Origin: Camelus dromedarius
Taxonomy: Eukaryota
Reading direction: 5' to 3'
NCBI RefSeq assembly: GCF_036321535.1
Contig: NC_087447.1
Span: 35,032,001-35,096,000 of the forward strand
Length of the DNA: 64,000 bases
Shown: one piece after another, positions 13,940-27,200 of the stretch
Layout: every line of letters begins with the position of its first letter
Numbering within the stretch: the stretch's first letter is position 1
Position numbers and translations under genes: made by a program
Notes under the pieces: generated by a model
Told to the model about the DNA's origin: nothing
The model's database searches: none
Seen by the model: the letters and a program-made list of their open reading frames with translations, nothing else

Positions 13940-14900
13940 AAGCGGGCATGGCACGCTTTCATCAGTGTAGGTGAGCACACACCCTGTGCCAGGACGCGAT
14001 GAGTAATGTGTATCCAAGACAAGAGGACCAGTCGGTATCGTGTGCGCCTGCGCAGCTTCGCGGGCGCCTACAAACGGGTAACTGAAACTCCCTGCTCGAG
14101 ACCTGTTGGTTCTGGCTGTTGGGGGCGCCGCCGTCTCGAATCTGAGAGTCCACCTGTGACACCCAACGAACCCTGGCCTGGTAGGTAACCTCTCGATCCC
14201 TCGCTTACCCTACCCAGAGCTCATAAGGAGAATCAATACTACCTGACCACACGCCAGGGCCGCAAGGGAAGAGGCTCTCTCCCTTGGCCACACCCCTCAG
14301 TTTACTAGGCCGAGTCTCCTTGGTTGGTGAAGGGCTTAGTCCCGCCCCTTCGAGCCTACGCCAGCAGCCACGTACCACGTTTTTACGTGTCTCCAGGCTA
14401 AAAGCGGAAGTTACGCCAAAGACTCGTAAGGGAAGAGGCGGACCTGAAAGGGTATTGGTTGTTGGAGGGAAGGGGGCGGGCAGACGGCATTGGAAGGCGC
14501 CGGAAGTGGTCGTCTTGAGCAGGGGTGGGAGAGAGGCTGGCCAAGCAGTTCATTCGGCTGTTGCTGGTCGCCTCGGTAAGGCGTACTTTCACTCCTTTCC
14601 GAGAGTCTGGCTCAGTTCTCCGCCTCGGCCAGAATGGACTTCAGGGAAATTCTCCTGATAGCTTCCAAAGCACAAGGTGTCAACAACATACCGGTAAGTA
14701 CCAGCCGGGGCGCGACTGTAAGAGATCCTGGTCTTCAAGTTCAGAATGTGTGGAGTGGAACTTCCAGGCATCCGCCTATCGGCTCCAGGAGAGGAAAGAC
14801 CTGGACACTGTATTTTTTCCCCACTTGGGCATGTACTTCTGGGAACTGGGGGTGAAGACGCTTGAGACGCGAGGCGGGAGCCTTCTGACGAGAGGATCTG
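13940..14900 (+). promoter_or_regulatory. CpG-island promoter of SPTY2D1
   Basis: High CpG density; NRF1-like TGCGCCTGCGCA 14043-14054, ETS/GABPA GCGGAAGT 14404 and CCGGAAGTG 14500, GC box GGGGCGGG ~14473; no obvious TATA box. Confidence 0.8.
14634..14693 (+). CDS. SPTY2D1: SPT2 homolog (histone H3/H4 chaperone), coding exon 1 of 6
   Basis: ATG at 14634 gives MDFREILLIASKAQGVNNIP, then a GTAAGT donor at 14694. Full join 14634-14693,24079-24193,24957-26483,27844-28015,29170-29247,30197-30290 = 2046 nt = 681 aa + stop. All introns are GT-AG with compatible phases; the protein is recognisably SPT2 homolog. Confidence 0.96.
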
Positions 14901-16564
14901 GCTTGTTTAGGCTTAGTTACCTCATCAACATGGACTTTGCGTTTGGGGTATTTTAGAGTTGCGTGAAAGCTGGTGAGTAGAGCCGTGCCTGGCGCACAGT
15001 AGTTTCTGGTTTCGGAATAAACTTCAGCCAAATGATTGGGGAGGAAGCATGTATGTTGGGGAGTTCAGAGATTTTAGGGAGGTGGCCTTTGGGGTGATTT
15101 CCTGCTGATCTTTGGGTCAAGCGTTCTGTTATTTCTCAAACGAGTCCTCTGACTTGTGGCCCCACCCACTGAGCTAGCCAGGTGATTAAATTATCACCTC
15201 CCAAGCGGGGGGAGTATCACCTTTTGTATTGGGAAGAAAAGTTGAGTGGATTCCACGAAATCCTTGCCCAACAGAATGGGTGAACTAGTTTCACCTTCCA
15301 CGTACTTGTGATCTTCCAGATTTGTCTTTGTTTGAGATTTAGATCCCATTTACTCAGTAATGTTTGCTAATTCGCTCATTTCCACAGAGCAATGTGAGAC
15401 TTAAAATCTAAATGCCGAAATAGTGGAGAGTGCCTGGTTTGCGGTGTTGTAGCTGTTTTGCATAGACTAATCATTTCTGGATCCTCAGATGTACCACAGC
15501 CAGCTGTAAACCGATAAACTGCATTGTGATACCTGCGGTTTGAGCAGTGAGGTGTAAAGCTCAGACGGCTCTCTATTAAAGTCAATTAAGTTGGAATTTA
15601 TTGAGTTCTCACTATATGTTCGACATTACTTAGATTTTTGTGTATATGTGTATATATATATATATTCCCCCACTCCCCTGTGCTTTTCTTGTCTTCTGAG
15701 GCTGGCTCATTCTTTTACACTTTTGAAGATAATGATATAACAATAGTAAAATAATTGGTAAATAAAACTGATATCCATCGGTTTATTATATATATTTACC
15801 TCCTGTCCCAAATACTCTGAATGATCTTGAAGTTAAACGTTTGAAACCTTCAACAACAGAATTACTTTCTGCATCTCTAAATTTCCTAGACAAGTCTATA
15901 TTGGACCTAGTAACATTCATCTTTGCATAATTAGGGCCATATTTCATTCTAGATCTTCCTCAATTTCGACAGGGGTCAAAAATAATACTAGCTCTGATGC
16001 CCAGGAATATTCTGTGGAAAAATCAGAACCAAGTTAATTTTTTCTTATTCTAAAAACCAATAGCTGATGAGAGAAAAGCACATATTTCTAGAGCAGAGGA
16101 TTTCAAAATATATCTGTATTTCAGAATATGTACATTATCGATCTATGATTGGATTTAGAAAGATTGGAAGCAAAAAGGAAAATGAGTAAATTGGTGAGGT
16201 CATTTAAAATTTAACAGATGAATATAGACATATACTTTGTGAAAGCTTGCTTTTCCCTGCTCACCCACCCTGAAAGCTAGTAAGCCTGGAATTCTGATTT
16301 AATTATCAGCGTTGGTAATGCTTTTTACACATCTGGTGAAAGTAAGTCACAAAAGAAACTACTGAGGAGTAGATCAAATTATATTAAATTTAATCCATGA
16401 TCTTGCATTAACTCAATTCATCTAATTGTTCCAAGTTATTTTCTTTATCAACTCCTTTTAGAAGCACACTGTCAGTTGTGAAATCTAACACATGTTGTAC
16501 AATGTAAGAGTGTTACAAAGCAAGTATCCTTGTAAACCACCATCCAAGTCAATAAACATTTCAA

Positions 16565-16565
<1 letters not shown>

Positions 16566-16636
<71 letters not shown>
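16566..16636. repeat. (AC)~35 microsatellite in SPTY2D1 intron 1
   Basis: Perfect dinucleotide run. Confidence 0.98.
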
Positions 16637-16637
<1 letters not shown>

Positions 16638-18069
16638 CTTGCTTGACATAAACTTTATTGAGTTATGGTCTGAGAATCACAGAGGCTTTGCAGTAATTGA
16701 CGGGTATAACTCCATCCTTCTCTAGTGCTTGGTTCATATTTCTCTTTTAGCCATCTCCTCCCTCTCCTTCCATTTGGATCCTATCAGAGCTGACTTTCCG
16801 ATTTCGGTCATCAGAGTTCCTGTGTCACACCCTTGCTACAGAAAGGAAATAGACTTGCGTTGATTATACAAAATCCAAGGGAGTCTAAAATCTGAAACAC
16901 CTGTATAGCCACTTTAAACTCTGTAGGGCTTTTATTTTTGAGAGGTGTCTGTTGTATCTGACTTGAAACACAATGAACATTTTCCATTGGAACATCTTTT
17001 CTATTGTTTCTTTTTAAGAGAAATAGTTATCTTTATAATGTTTTAGTTAAAACGAGAGAAGGATTGCATCATGCCTAGAAGTATTAGGCATGCTATCATT
17101 TCCCAGTGGAAAACTTGAATACAAAAAACAGCTGATCAAGGTGATGTAACCAGTCATTGACATTAGCTCTGTTTATATTTAAAGGAGGAAAGATATTTTT
17201 GGTATCCTTGCCCTTAATATTTTTCTCTCTGGGTTTCTCTAGCAAAAACAAAGTGATTGCCTTGTTTGATACAATGGTAGAACTTAGAATATGGATTCTT
17301 ACAGGTTTCAAGTAACTGTAATTGATGGCTTGTAATGCATGAGGCAGATTACATGGCCTTTCTCACAGTCAGGCTGAAAATCATCCCAGACAAGATACTA
17401 TAGCTCTGGTGTGACCTTCAAGTCAAAAAGTAAAGGGGAAGCCTTCATGTGGTATCAGACATACAAGGATTTGCAGGGCTATATACCCTTGAGAATAAGA
17501 GTATAGGTGCTGAAAATAGACCCAAGGACTTTGGGACCAGGTAGATCAGGTAAATTCTTAAAGTAGTCTGGATATAAAATAATAGGTGCCAAGCTTCATG
17601 TATTCAAAGGAACCTACCATTGTTATAGTAGTTATATTTCCTTTTTTATAAATTGAAATATATTGACTTGCAATGTTGTATTAGTTTCAGGTGACAATAT
17701 AGTGATTTGATATTTTTATAGACTATACTCCTTGTAAAATGTTGGTTGTATTTCTTGTGCTGGTCTTATTTCCTTTTAAAGAACAGTATGGGCCAAAAAA
17801 GAGTTTCTGCAGGTAGTCACTTTTTAACCCTTGATTGATAGTCCATTACAGCTGAATTACATCCTTCTCATTCTTAGATCTGAAGGTGGCTTTTCCAGTG
17901 CCTGGAGCAACTTTAGGTTTCTAGCCTAGAGCAGTACTTCTAAACCAGTGTTTTAGGGAGAGGGTCTTTGGGAAATTACTGCCCCACGGAAATTCTGTTA
18001 TTTCTCTTTCCCGTCATTACCTGGAGAATCTCTTCCTGAATAATAAGGATAATAACAACAACAACATTT

Positions 18070-18300
18070 ACAGGGCTTACTTTGTGCCAGGCACTGTTCT
18101 GAGCACTTTATGTATTTTAATTTAATCAGCACAATAACCACATAAGGGAGGTTGTTTTTACACATGAGGAAACTGATGTCTAGAGAGACAAAGAAACTTG
18201 CCCAGAGTCACACAGCTAATAAGTGACAGGACTGGTAATTGCAGAGCAGAGAATCTAATCCAGGCAAACTGATTCCAGAGTTCTTGCTCTTAATCACAGC
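18070..18300 (-). mobile_element. MIR SINE (representative; further MIR/L2 pieces near 6570-6710, 7380-7540, 9010-9650, 37150-37360, 54900-55140, 62690-62930, 63350-63690)
   Basis: tgtgccaggcactgttctgagcactttatgta...tgaggaaactga...aacttgcccagagtcacacagcta. Confidence 0.75.
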
Positions 18301-19849
18301 CCTGTGTTGAATGAGGAGAATCTATTGGATATGGGGTGGTGAGGAAGTTCGTCATCTGTAAAGCCTGAATGCACCTAGCTCCCTACTCCCAACTCCAGCC
18401 TAATATAGCCTTGGGCAGTAACCCTGTTGGTTTTTTGATGATACTTCTCACTGTACAGTGAAGTCTGATGGGAGAGAAATTTAAAGACCAAACTAACAGC
18501 ATTTGGAAACTGGTGGGTAGAGATTTACAGCCTGTTTGGGAGAGTGCCAGCATGGTTAACAGAAATAGAGTCTGAGGGTGAGGGAAAGTTCAACCGTGGG
18601 CCTGTTTGAGGTAATGGCACTGTCCAAGATTTGGGTGGAAATTAGGGAATGGCATTTAAGAATGAGGTTAGAACTAGAGATGAAAGTGTTAGGATTAAGT
18701 TAGAAGTGAGGCATGTTGTGGTGGGAAACTTTTGCCTGAGTCAGGAGACCTAGATTGTAATTCAGAATCTGCTATAGTTTGTGTGAGTGACAGCCTGTGA
18801 GTACATATTTGTCCTTTTTGGGCCATTTCTATCATGAGGTTGGACTAGAGGCTCTGAGGTATCTACCTGATACTACATTTTATAATCAGGTATACTTTTA
18901 TAAACACAGTAATAGTAAAATTTATTTGACCCCATAGCATTACCGAATAGCATGCTTTTTGGTTGTTTTATTTTCACGCCCTTAGCCACCCAGTTAAGCA
19001 AATCTAATGCAGATCATCCGAGGCCTGCATTCATTCCCTGACTCGATGTTTTGAGAGGATTGTAGAAATTTTGTTAAAGCTAAGGATATATTCTTTGAAT
19101 ATTTTCTAACTCCTATTTCTAATCAATAATCAATCTGTAATTTATGTAAAGCCATCAGGAAATTTTTATTTTCTACAATTACAACCAAATATTATCTCCT
19201 GAGTAAAGAACAATTTTCAAGAAGGGATTGACTGTTGATTCCAACATAACATATTTGGTGGACATATATTTCCAGGCTGAAAGGCTCCTTGTTTTCTTAA
19301 TCTGACTGTGACAGTATAGTTTCAGTGCAAGGAACACGTATGTTTAAAGTGACTTAATTTTTCTAGGTCTCTTGGCTTCAGAATTAGAAATCTTGGCAAA
19401 ATCTCTGATACTGTATTTAAATGGCATAAGCGTCACTGTTGTGGATCATTCATTGGGGCCCAGAAGAATGACTGAGTCGGCTTGCAGTATAATAAAATGG
19501 ATACACTTAGGATAAAAGAAACTCTTGTCTAGCTTCTTTTCATGAAGCTCAAACAATGAAGCAGCCTGGTGCCTTGAATCAGATTCAGAATTGGTGGGTG
19601 CATCTTGATAAGTCACTGCTAGAGTTAAATGTAGCCATCTGATGTGGGAGAAAGTACCAAATAGTTCTGCTTTATTAAATGAAATATATGTAATCCCACC
19701 CTAAGGCCTTCTTTTTAAAGCATGGTTCTCTGCTGGGCACCCTTGTTGGGAGTAGGGGACTGTTTAATAACGTATTCTATTACAGCAAATCTTTTGATAC
19801 CAAAGTCTGACTGCAACCCCTTTTTGAAAGGTCTAGCCAGGTCAGACAG

Positions 19850-21345
19850 ACATTCACAGAAAAACTTGTACACAGATGTTCATAGCAGCATTATTCATAA
19901 TAGCCAAAAAGTAGAATCCATTACTGATGAATAGATAATGTGGTATATCCATACAATGAAATGAATTATTCATCCATAAGAAGAAATGAAGTACTGACAC
20001 ATGTTACAGCATGAACCTTGGAAACGTTATGCTAATTGAAAGTAGCAAGATATAAAAGACCACTATAGCAGTCACAGTTCTCCAGAAAAACAGAACCAGT
20101 AGTATTTGTCTTAGGGATTTGGCTCACATAATTGTGGGGGCTGGCAAATCTGAAATTTGTAGGGCAGAGTGGAAGCTCAGGCTAGAGTTAATGCTGTAGT
20201 CTTGAAGTAGAATTCCTTCAAGAAACCTGAATTTGGTCCACTCACCAGATTGAGGTCCACTCACATCAAAGAGGGTAATCTGCTTTACCTAAACTCAGCT
20301 GATTGTAGATGTTAACCACATCAGGAAAGTACCTTCACAGCAACACCTAGGTTAGTGTTTGATTGAATAATTGGGTATTATAACATTGCCAGTTTGACAC
20401 ATAAAACTGATCATCACAACCACATATTGTATGGTTTCATTTCTTTCAAAGTTTTTATTTGAGCAAAAAAGTGATATGCTTTATTTGAGTTACTATAAAA
20501 CTCAACACTGACAACAGAAGGAAATTACATTACCGTGATTTAAATTTACTTACATGATTTTTTTTTGGTGTTCAGTAATTATTTATTGAAAAAAATGAAC
20601 CACAGACATAATTGTTCTTTTTAAAGTACAATTTTTACATAATTGTAAGGAAATTTACTTATATAATTTATTTACATATTACTTATAATTGTCATTTTTA
20701 AAGTTCTAGGTGTATTCTGGTTTTTATTCCAAAAGAATTACGACAATGCGTTTGCTGAAACATTTAATGATCATAGAGCCTAATCACTTCTTAATTTTAG
20801 TTAAGCCAGAGAAATAATTAGGATTTCTCAGTTCAAGGATGTTAAGAACCAATCTACAGAGCATTCCCCAAAAGATATTCTCTTGGCCTTTGAAGGTGTC
20901 TTATTTTCAGACTTAAAAATAGAGTCAAGTAAAAATTACCAATGAGGGTTTTTAAAAAGAAAAGTCTTACATATTTTGTATAATCACTTATCCACATATC
21001 ATTATCTATGGCCTGTAGATTTTTAACTTCTTTTATGATGCATATCGCTATGTATTGGTACACTAGGCACATTTCATTTATATGAAATGTCCAGGAGTGG
21101 CAAATCACAGAACAGAAAGTAGATTAGTGGTTGCCAGGGGCAGAGGGGAAAGAGGGAATGGAGAATGACTGCTAAAGGGTAAGGGATTTCTTGTGGGGAA
21201 GATGAAAATGTTCTGGAATCAGATAGTGGTGATGGTTGTATAACTCATTGAATATACTAAAAACTGATAAATTGTACAAATTAAATGGGTGGATTTTATG
21301 GTATGTGAATTATATCTCAATAAAAATGTTAAAAAAAAAAAAAAG
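19850..21345 (+). mobile_element. L1M 3' end interrupted by an MLT2 LTR and a ~630-bp AT-rich insert
   Basis: aaaacttgtacacagatgttcatagcagcattattc...agattagtggttgccagggg...tatatctcaataaaaatgtt(A)n. Confidence 0.8.
20064..20418 (-). mobile_element. MLT2 (ERVL) solo LTR nested in L1
   Basis: cagttctccagaaaaacagaacca...cataaaactgatcatcaca; 5-bp TSD ACCAC (20059-20063 / 20419-20423). Confidence 0.8.
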
Positions 21346-24078
21346 CTCATCATCATCCCTGGAGACTGAGCCCCTTCCCCCCCCCCCCCCCAAGTTTCTA
21401 GGTTTTAAACTTTGCCTAAGAGAATATTTTAATATTCTCCTGTTTTTTCCTTTAATTGCATCAAGCTACAGAGGATGTAAGAAACTGTTAATTAGGATTC
21501 AGCTCATGTCAGTAAATAAGATTAAGCCTCATCATGTAGAACCTTGCCCTACTTAGATTGTTTCCTAGCATGCTCACAAAATAAGACATTTTATAGATTT
21601 ATTGAATTACTTCTACATCATAGGGACAGGACAAGGACAGCAAAGTTGTTGGGCTAAATGTGAGGCCAGCTTAATAAGTATCTGTAAGATTTAGAGGTGT
21701 TAAAAAAAAAAGCTGAATTTGAATTTGGCATGTGAATTGATGAAAATAGGTGTATACTTTGAGGAAAAAAATCAAAGTAATCTCTGGGAATCTTTTTATG
21801 TTTCTCAGTCAGTGTTTCCCATAATGCAGTACACATAGCTCCGCTCTACCATGATTTTAGGTGATACACAGATACTTTTTATTCTGATATTTACGTATTT
21901 TAAAAATATAGTTACGTATTTTATAAATGTAGTTACATATTTTGATAGGATTTAGAAGAATATAACTAGCCTTTCAAACCAGTCATTTTATGGATATTAT
22001 TGCTTGCAGTAAAGCTGTAATAAGAAGTCGTAGTATTTGATCTATGTATTTTCTTCAAATAAGTAAATAATAATACAAGTGGTGTACCAAAGGGGCAAAA
22101 ATCACAAAGGTGATAACGCAAGTGACTGAAGCTGAGTAAACACGGTGTTAAATTGTGCCCCATTGACACTGTTGTTTTCTCTTTGAGTGCCTATATTCAG
22201 TCAAGAGTAGCTTTTCTGCTAGTCTTATTCCATTACCTTCCTCTTAAAGTCTCAGGTAGGGAAGAAAGATGTCTACCCTGGAATCAAATTAGGAAGTGCT
22301 CAATTGCTGTAATACTGAGATAATGAACCAATCCTGTTTTAAATAATTAACACTCATGTGTATATTGAAATTTTTTGGCAGGGGGAGCCCTGCATAAGCT
22401 TTGAATTGGTAGGTGAATCTATGGGTTATATATAGTTGGCAGGGACAGGAAAATCTTAAGTCTTGGCAACACAAATCCACCCTTCCTCTTACATATCTAC
22501 CTTATGGGATGGGGTGAAATGAATGTGTGCCTCTGCTTATGAGTCTCTGTGTGTCTTATGCAACTTGAGTCATTTTCCTGGGAGCCCTTCTATTAAGAAA
22601 AGATGAGTTTCTTATGGATAAGGCCTATGTTTGAGGTTCTTGTAAACCATGATAATTTCATATATCTAGTTAGGTAAGCAATATTCTCTGTCTCCTGTGT
22701 CCCTTTCCCTCTCCTTCTTTAAATATTGGACACCAGTCCACTATGAAAAGGGTCTATACCTAAATTTACAAAGATACGGACTTTTTAAAGGATTTTATTG
22801 TGATTCAGCCAAGGGGACTAGGAAAGGAATCTGGATGCTCTCCTTTGGGATTTCTCTCTCTAAGGGACGTGTCAGGTCTCAGTATTGCTATCATGCAGGA
22901 TTTTCAGGTTGGATTAGGGCCTGCTGTCTTGGCCAGTTTCTTCGTTGGTAGACTAATTGAGCTGGAACTTCCAGCCTGTTTCGAGATGACTTCTGTTTGG
23001 TAGCTGTGTAGTAAGCATAGATCCTTTGGCTTTTCTCCAAGAATTTCATACACATTTTGGGAATCACTTTTTTGGTTCCTAAGTAGCTCACTTTGCTCTT
23101 GTTAGGTTAGTGTTTCTTTTTCACTAGCACAGCACCAGGTTCAGTGGATAAGAATGTAATCTGCCTAAAATGAAAGAGGGAGGGCATTAAAAAATCTTAT
23201 TTCTTAGCCCATAAATTTGATGTGGAATGGTCCTAGAGATGAATCATCCTGATCTGAGTTATTAGCTCTGTTTATCATACTTCTCTAATGATAGTTATAA
23301 AATGGAAATATTTTTCTTTTTATACTTTAAATTAACACTATTTAGCTTTAGTCATTTCCCAATGCAGTTACAAAAGAATCAGCCCAGCGGAAAACCATCT
23401 GTTCCAAGGTAATGTTAGTACTTTTTGGGTGATATGGAAACCTGTCTAAAAGGGATCCTATGGCAAAGTAATATCTAATGAACATAAGAGCTACAGTTAA
23501 AGGTTACAGAGACTTGGGCCCTCCTTGTTGCTCTATTTCTTTGAAATGCTTTTTCTCTACGGTTTGCCACCAACTTTGCCTATGGTCAGAATCTCAGTGT
23601 TCCATGTTGTAAGCAAAGTCACCTGTGTAGCAACTATGACTCCCTACTAGGAAATCATCTGGAGTAGGTACTCAGGAGGAAACAGTTGTGAGTAGTCGTT
23701 TTTTCTGTTTGGGAAGTTGGACTTTGAAATGCTTAGTTCTGAAGAAGGCTGATGTTTTTGATCAGAATTCTAAAACAGTCAGTCTGTTCTAGTGGTGATT
23801 TTTTTCAGTCCCCTAATCCAGGTACCTTTTTGGGAAAATAGCCTGAAAATAGTGTTTCTCTGAATTGTTCATTTATGCATTGTTGGGGGTGTTTAAAGAA
23901 ACTAACTCTGCATCTAAAAATAGTCATGTATAATCATATTTAGCCTGAAATTTTACAGCTAAGCTTTCATGAGGATTATATGATCTCCTAATTATTCAGA
24001 ATAGGTTTAGTCAACATTTAAATGTATTGCTTTAAAATTAATCGCATTAAAAGTTAACTTTTTCCTTTTTATTTTTAG

Positions 24079-24193
24079 AAAAGATATAGTTTGGCAGTGG
24101 GCCCTCCCAAAAAAGACCCAAAAGTTAAGGGTGTCCAGTCCGCAGCTGTCCAGGCTTTTCTCAGAAGAAAAGAAGAGGAGCTCAGACAAAAAG
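24079..24193 (+). CDS. SPTY2D1: SPTY2D1 coding exon 2
   Basis: Polypyrimidine tract + TAG acceptor; KRYSLAVGPPKKDPKVKGVQSAAVQAFLRRKEEELRQK + 1 nt; GTATGA donor. Confidence 0.95.
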
Positions 24194-24956
24194 GTATGAC
24201 TCTATAGCCTTATTCTCAATTTTAAAATCTTATATCTTCACAACTAGCTTGTACCTAACCAGTGAATGTTTGTGATATCCTAACAGGCTATGGATTTGTT
24301 GCGTATGTGTCTCAGTCAACTGTAATGATAGATTTACATATGTTCTTATGTTGATCATTTGTATGGATGTTATCTTTTATTCCCTCTTAAATTAAAAGCT
24401 TTCTGGGGATAGTGACCGTACCCTCTGATTGGCCATATTAGCTCTCCGTAAGAACTCAGTTCTTTGACCTTGGTTCTGAAATGTGCTTCTACCTATCTTG
24501 TATTTTAATTTAAAAAAAAATTATTGAGTGCTATTCTAAAAGATTAAAATAGGGACAATTTTTGAAAACCAGTGAACTCAAAGAGTAGTTTTACTTCATG
24601 CAAATAAAGAAACTGATTGAATACGTTTCTAAGTATTTATTATTCATAATTAATAGCAACTGAGTGGATACTAATATTCTCTTAACTTGGTATATTTATT
24701 TGGTATGAACTATTCTATATTTAAAGCCAAAAGCCAAGTCTCTCCCTTGCTTAGTCATATAGAAAAACCCAGATGTGACCTATTCAGTATGTAAAGATGA
24801 CTCAATTGATACTTGTTCGAGTAACTTCCTCATTTGATTCCTAGATGTCTTCAAACTGTAACTTGAATGTTGCTTGGTTTTGGCCACCTACAGATTTCAG
24901 ATAAACACGCTGTTATCAAGACTTGAAATAATATGTTCTCATTTTGTCTCTTTTAG

Positions 24957-26483
24957 CGTTAGAAGAGAAAAAGAGAAAAGAAGACCTAGTGAAAAAGCGA
25001 ATTGAGCTAAAACATGACAAGAAAGCAAGAGCTATGGCCAAAAGGACAAAGGATAATTTCCATGGTTATAATGGGATTCCTGTTGAGGAAAAGTCAAGGA
25101 AGAGGCAAGCAGTGGAAAGCCACACCAGCCAGGGAACAGAACAAGAGTATGAGATGGAAGAGGATGAATACTTAGAATACAATCAAGCAGAGTCAGAACA
25201 GGACTGTGAGGAAGAGCAAGAGCCTCCCAAAGTTGAAAGCAAACCAAAGGTCCCCCTTAAAAGTGCCCCACCACCCATGAACTTCACTGATCTACTCAGG
25301 CTGGCTGAGAAAAAGCAGTATGAACCGGTGGAGATAAAGGTAGTGAAGAAGACAGAAGAGCGGCCTATGACTGCAGAAGAACTTAGGGAACGAGAATTCC
25401 TTGAACAGAAGCGTAAGAAGAAGAAAGCTGAGACAGATGCAAGACAGCCTCCAACCAAAAAAGTACCCTCTCACAAAGAAAGTGTGGGCACAAAACTTAG
25501 CAAAGGTTCTGGAGACAAGCTTCCTTCTTCTAAGGGTACTCCCCTTCCTCATGCTGAGAAGAAATCCAGACCCAGCACAGCTAATGAGAAATACTCAGGC
25601 TTATCTTCATCTAAATCCATGCCAGGAGAGAGGACCAAAGTGGTATCTGGCAATTGCTCCCAACCCTTGCTTCGTGAGGGCCGTGACAGACCTGTTTTCA
25701 ATGGGGCTGGAAAGCCCCACTCCAGCACCTATTCACCAAGTGTCCCAAAGACTTCTGCTAAAGAGACTCAGAAATCTGCTGCTGAGCACAAAGCCAAAAA
25801 GTCTCCTCCTCATCCTAGCCATTCCAGGCCTGGGCCCATGGCCACCCCACACAATAAGGCCAAGAGTCCAGGTGTCCGGCAGCCAGGCAGCAGTTCCAGC
25901 TCAGCCCCTGGGCGGCCTAGCACAGGGACCACTCGGCCCACAGTTAATTCTGGCCCTGTGCCCAGGCGCCAGAATGGCAGCTCTAGCTCAGGACCTGAGC
26001 GATCAGTCAGTGGGATCAGGAGGCCAGCCGCTGACTTAAATCCCCATGGACGGACAGTCAGTGGTGCAGGTGACCTTGGACGACCTGCAAGTAGCTCAAG
26101 TGGGCCTGGGCGACCTGTCAGTGGCTCCAGTGGTTCTGGGAGATCTGTGGGCAGCTCTGGTGGCCCTGGGCGGCCTGTGAGCAGTCCACAAGACCTTCGA
26201 CGACCAGTGAGTGGCTCAGGACCCCCAGGGCGGTCAGTTGGTGGCCCTGGGCGATCAGTAAGTGGCCCAATTCCAGCTGGACGGACAGTCAGCAGTTCAG
26301 GCCCCGGAAGACCAGTGAGCAGCTTGGGACCTGGGCGAACAGTTAGTACCTCAGGTGCCCCTCTGAAGCCCAAATGCACTGTTGTCTCAGAAACAATTTC
26401 TTCCAAGAATATAATCAGTCGGCCCAGCAATGGACAGATGAATGGAATGAAGCCTTCCTTATCTGGCTACAGATCTGCCCAAG
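24957..26483 (+). CDS. SPTY2D1: SPTY2D1 coding exon 3 (1527 nt; basic/acidic region then Ser/Gly/Pro/Arg-rich low-complexity region)
   Basis: Lies within the 525-aa ORF 24944-26521; TTTTAG acceptor ending 24956, GTAAAA donor at 26484; ALEEKKRKEDLVKKRIELKHDKKARAMAKRTKDNFHGY...SGYRSAQG. Confidence 0.96.
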
Positions 26484-27039
26484 GTAAAATCTCCCCTCAC
26501 CCTGAAAGTATTTATCACTAGGAAAATAGAAAGACTACTTTGTTTTATATAACCAAAGACCCTGTGATCTCTTCTATGTGCTTTTTAATGGACTCTTGGG
26601 TTGATAGAATCTTGATGTTTTGTCTTTCCTGTGGCAGAGTTCCTTTAGTGATCATGCCTTAGAAAAGTCTTTAAAAGACTTATCTTGGGCCCTCTGTGTT
26701 CATCCCTGTATGTCTCCAAGTGCGATAAACTTAGCTATGTGATTTGTAAAACAGGGTGAGTGTATAATGCCTTATGTGGTTCAATGAATGAATTCATCTT
26801 TACCTCTTCTTAAAGACTAGAGAGACCTGTCTTCAAAGACTGGAGTCTATTTGTAAGCCTTTTTGTGCATTATTTATCCATCAGTTATTGTTAAGTAGCC
26901 ACTGTGTGCCAGGAACTATTTTAGACTGCCCTTATGTTTTTGCTCTTTATAGTGGGCAACATCAAGGCCCTAGCTCCTGGTCCTTAGGAATCTACTGTCC
27001 CAAGATACAGGATCATTGGTGGCACCTACTAGCTGCTAG

Positions 27040-27200
27040 GTCATAGTTTCTTGTCTGGAGTCATTTTTGATTGACACAACTGGGGCTGTGATGCTGCTGG
27101 CATCTACTAGAGGCAAGGGATGCTATTATCCTATAATGCACAGGATGACTTCCTCACAGCCAAGAAATATCTGGCCCAAAATGTCAGAGTGCTGAAGTTA
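27040..27200. mobile_element. MER20-like hAT element
   Basis: tgtctggagtcatttttgattgacacaactgggg...ctggcccaaaatgtcagagtgctgaagtt. Confidence 0.65.

Noticed and set aside
21890..21943. Three ~20-bp units (TTACGTATTTTA..AAT.TAG), and a 17-bp duplication at ~28570-28607
   Set aside because: Short slippage-type tandem repeats with no unique spacers; not CRISPR-like and no functional signal.
25810..26430. 206-aa antisense ORF and 212-aa alternate-frame ORF (25401-26039) over SPTY2D1 exon 3
   Set aside because: Shadows of a GC-rich repetitive coding exon; both begin at TTG rather than ATG and have no independent splice or promoter support.
24944..26521. 525-aa ORF as a stand-alone gene
   Set aside because: It is exon 3 plus intronic flanks; the start is an intronic TTG and the end reads through the donor at 26484.
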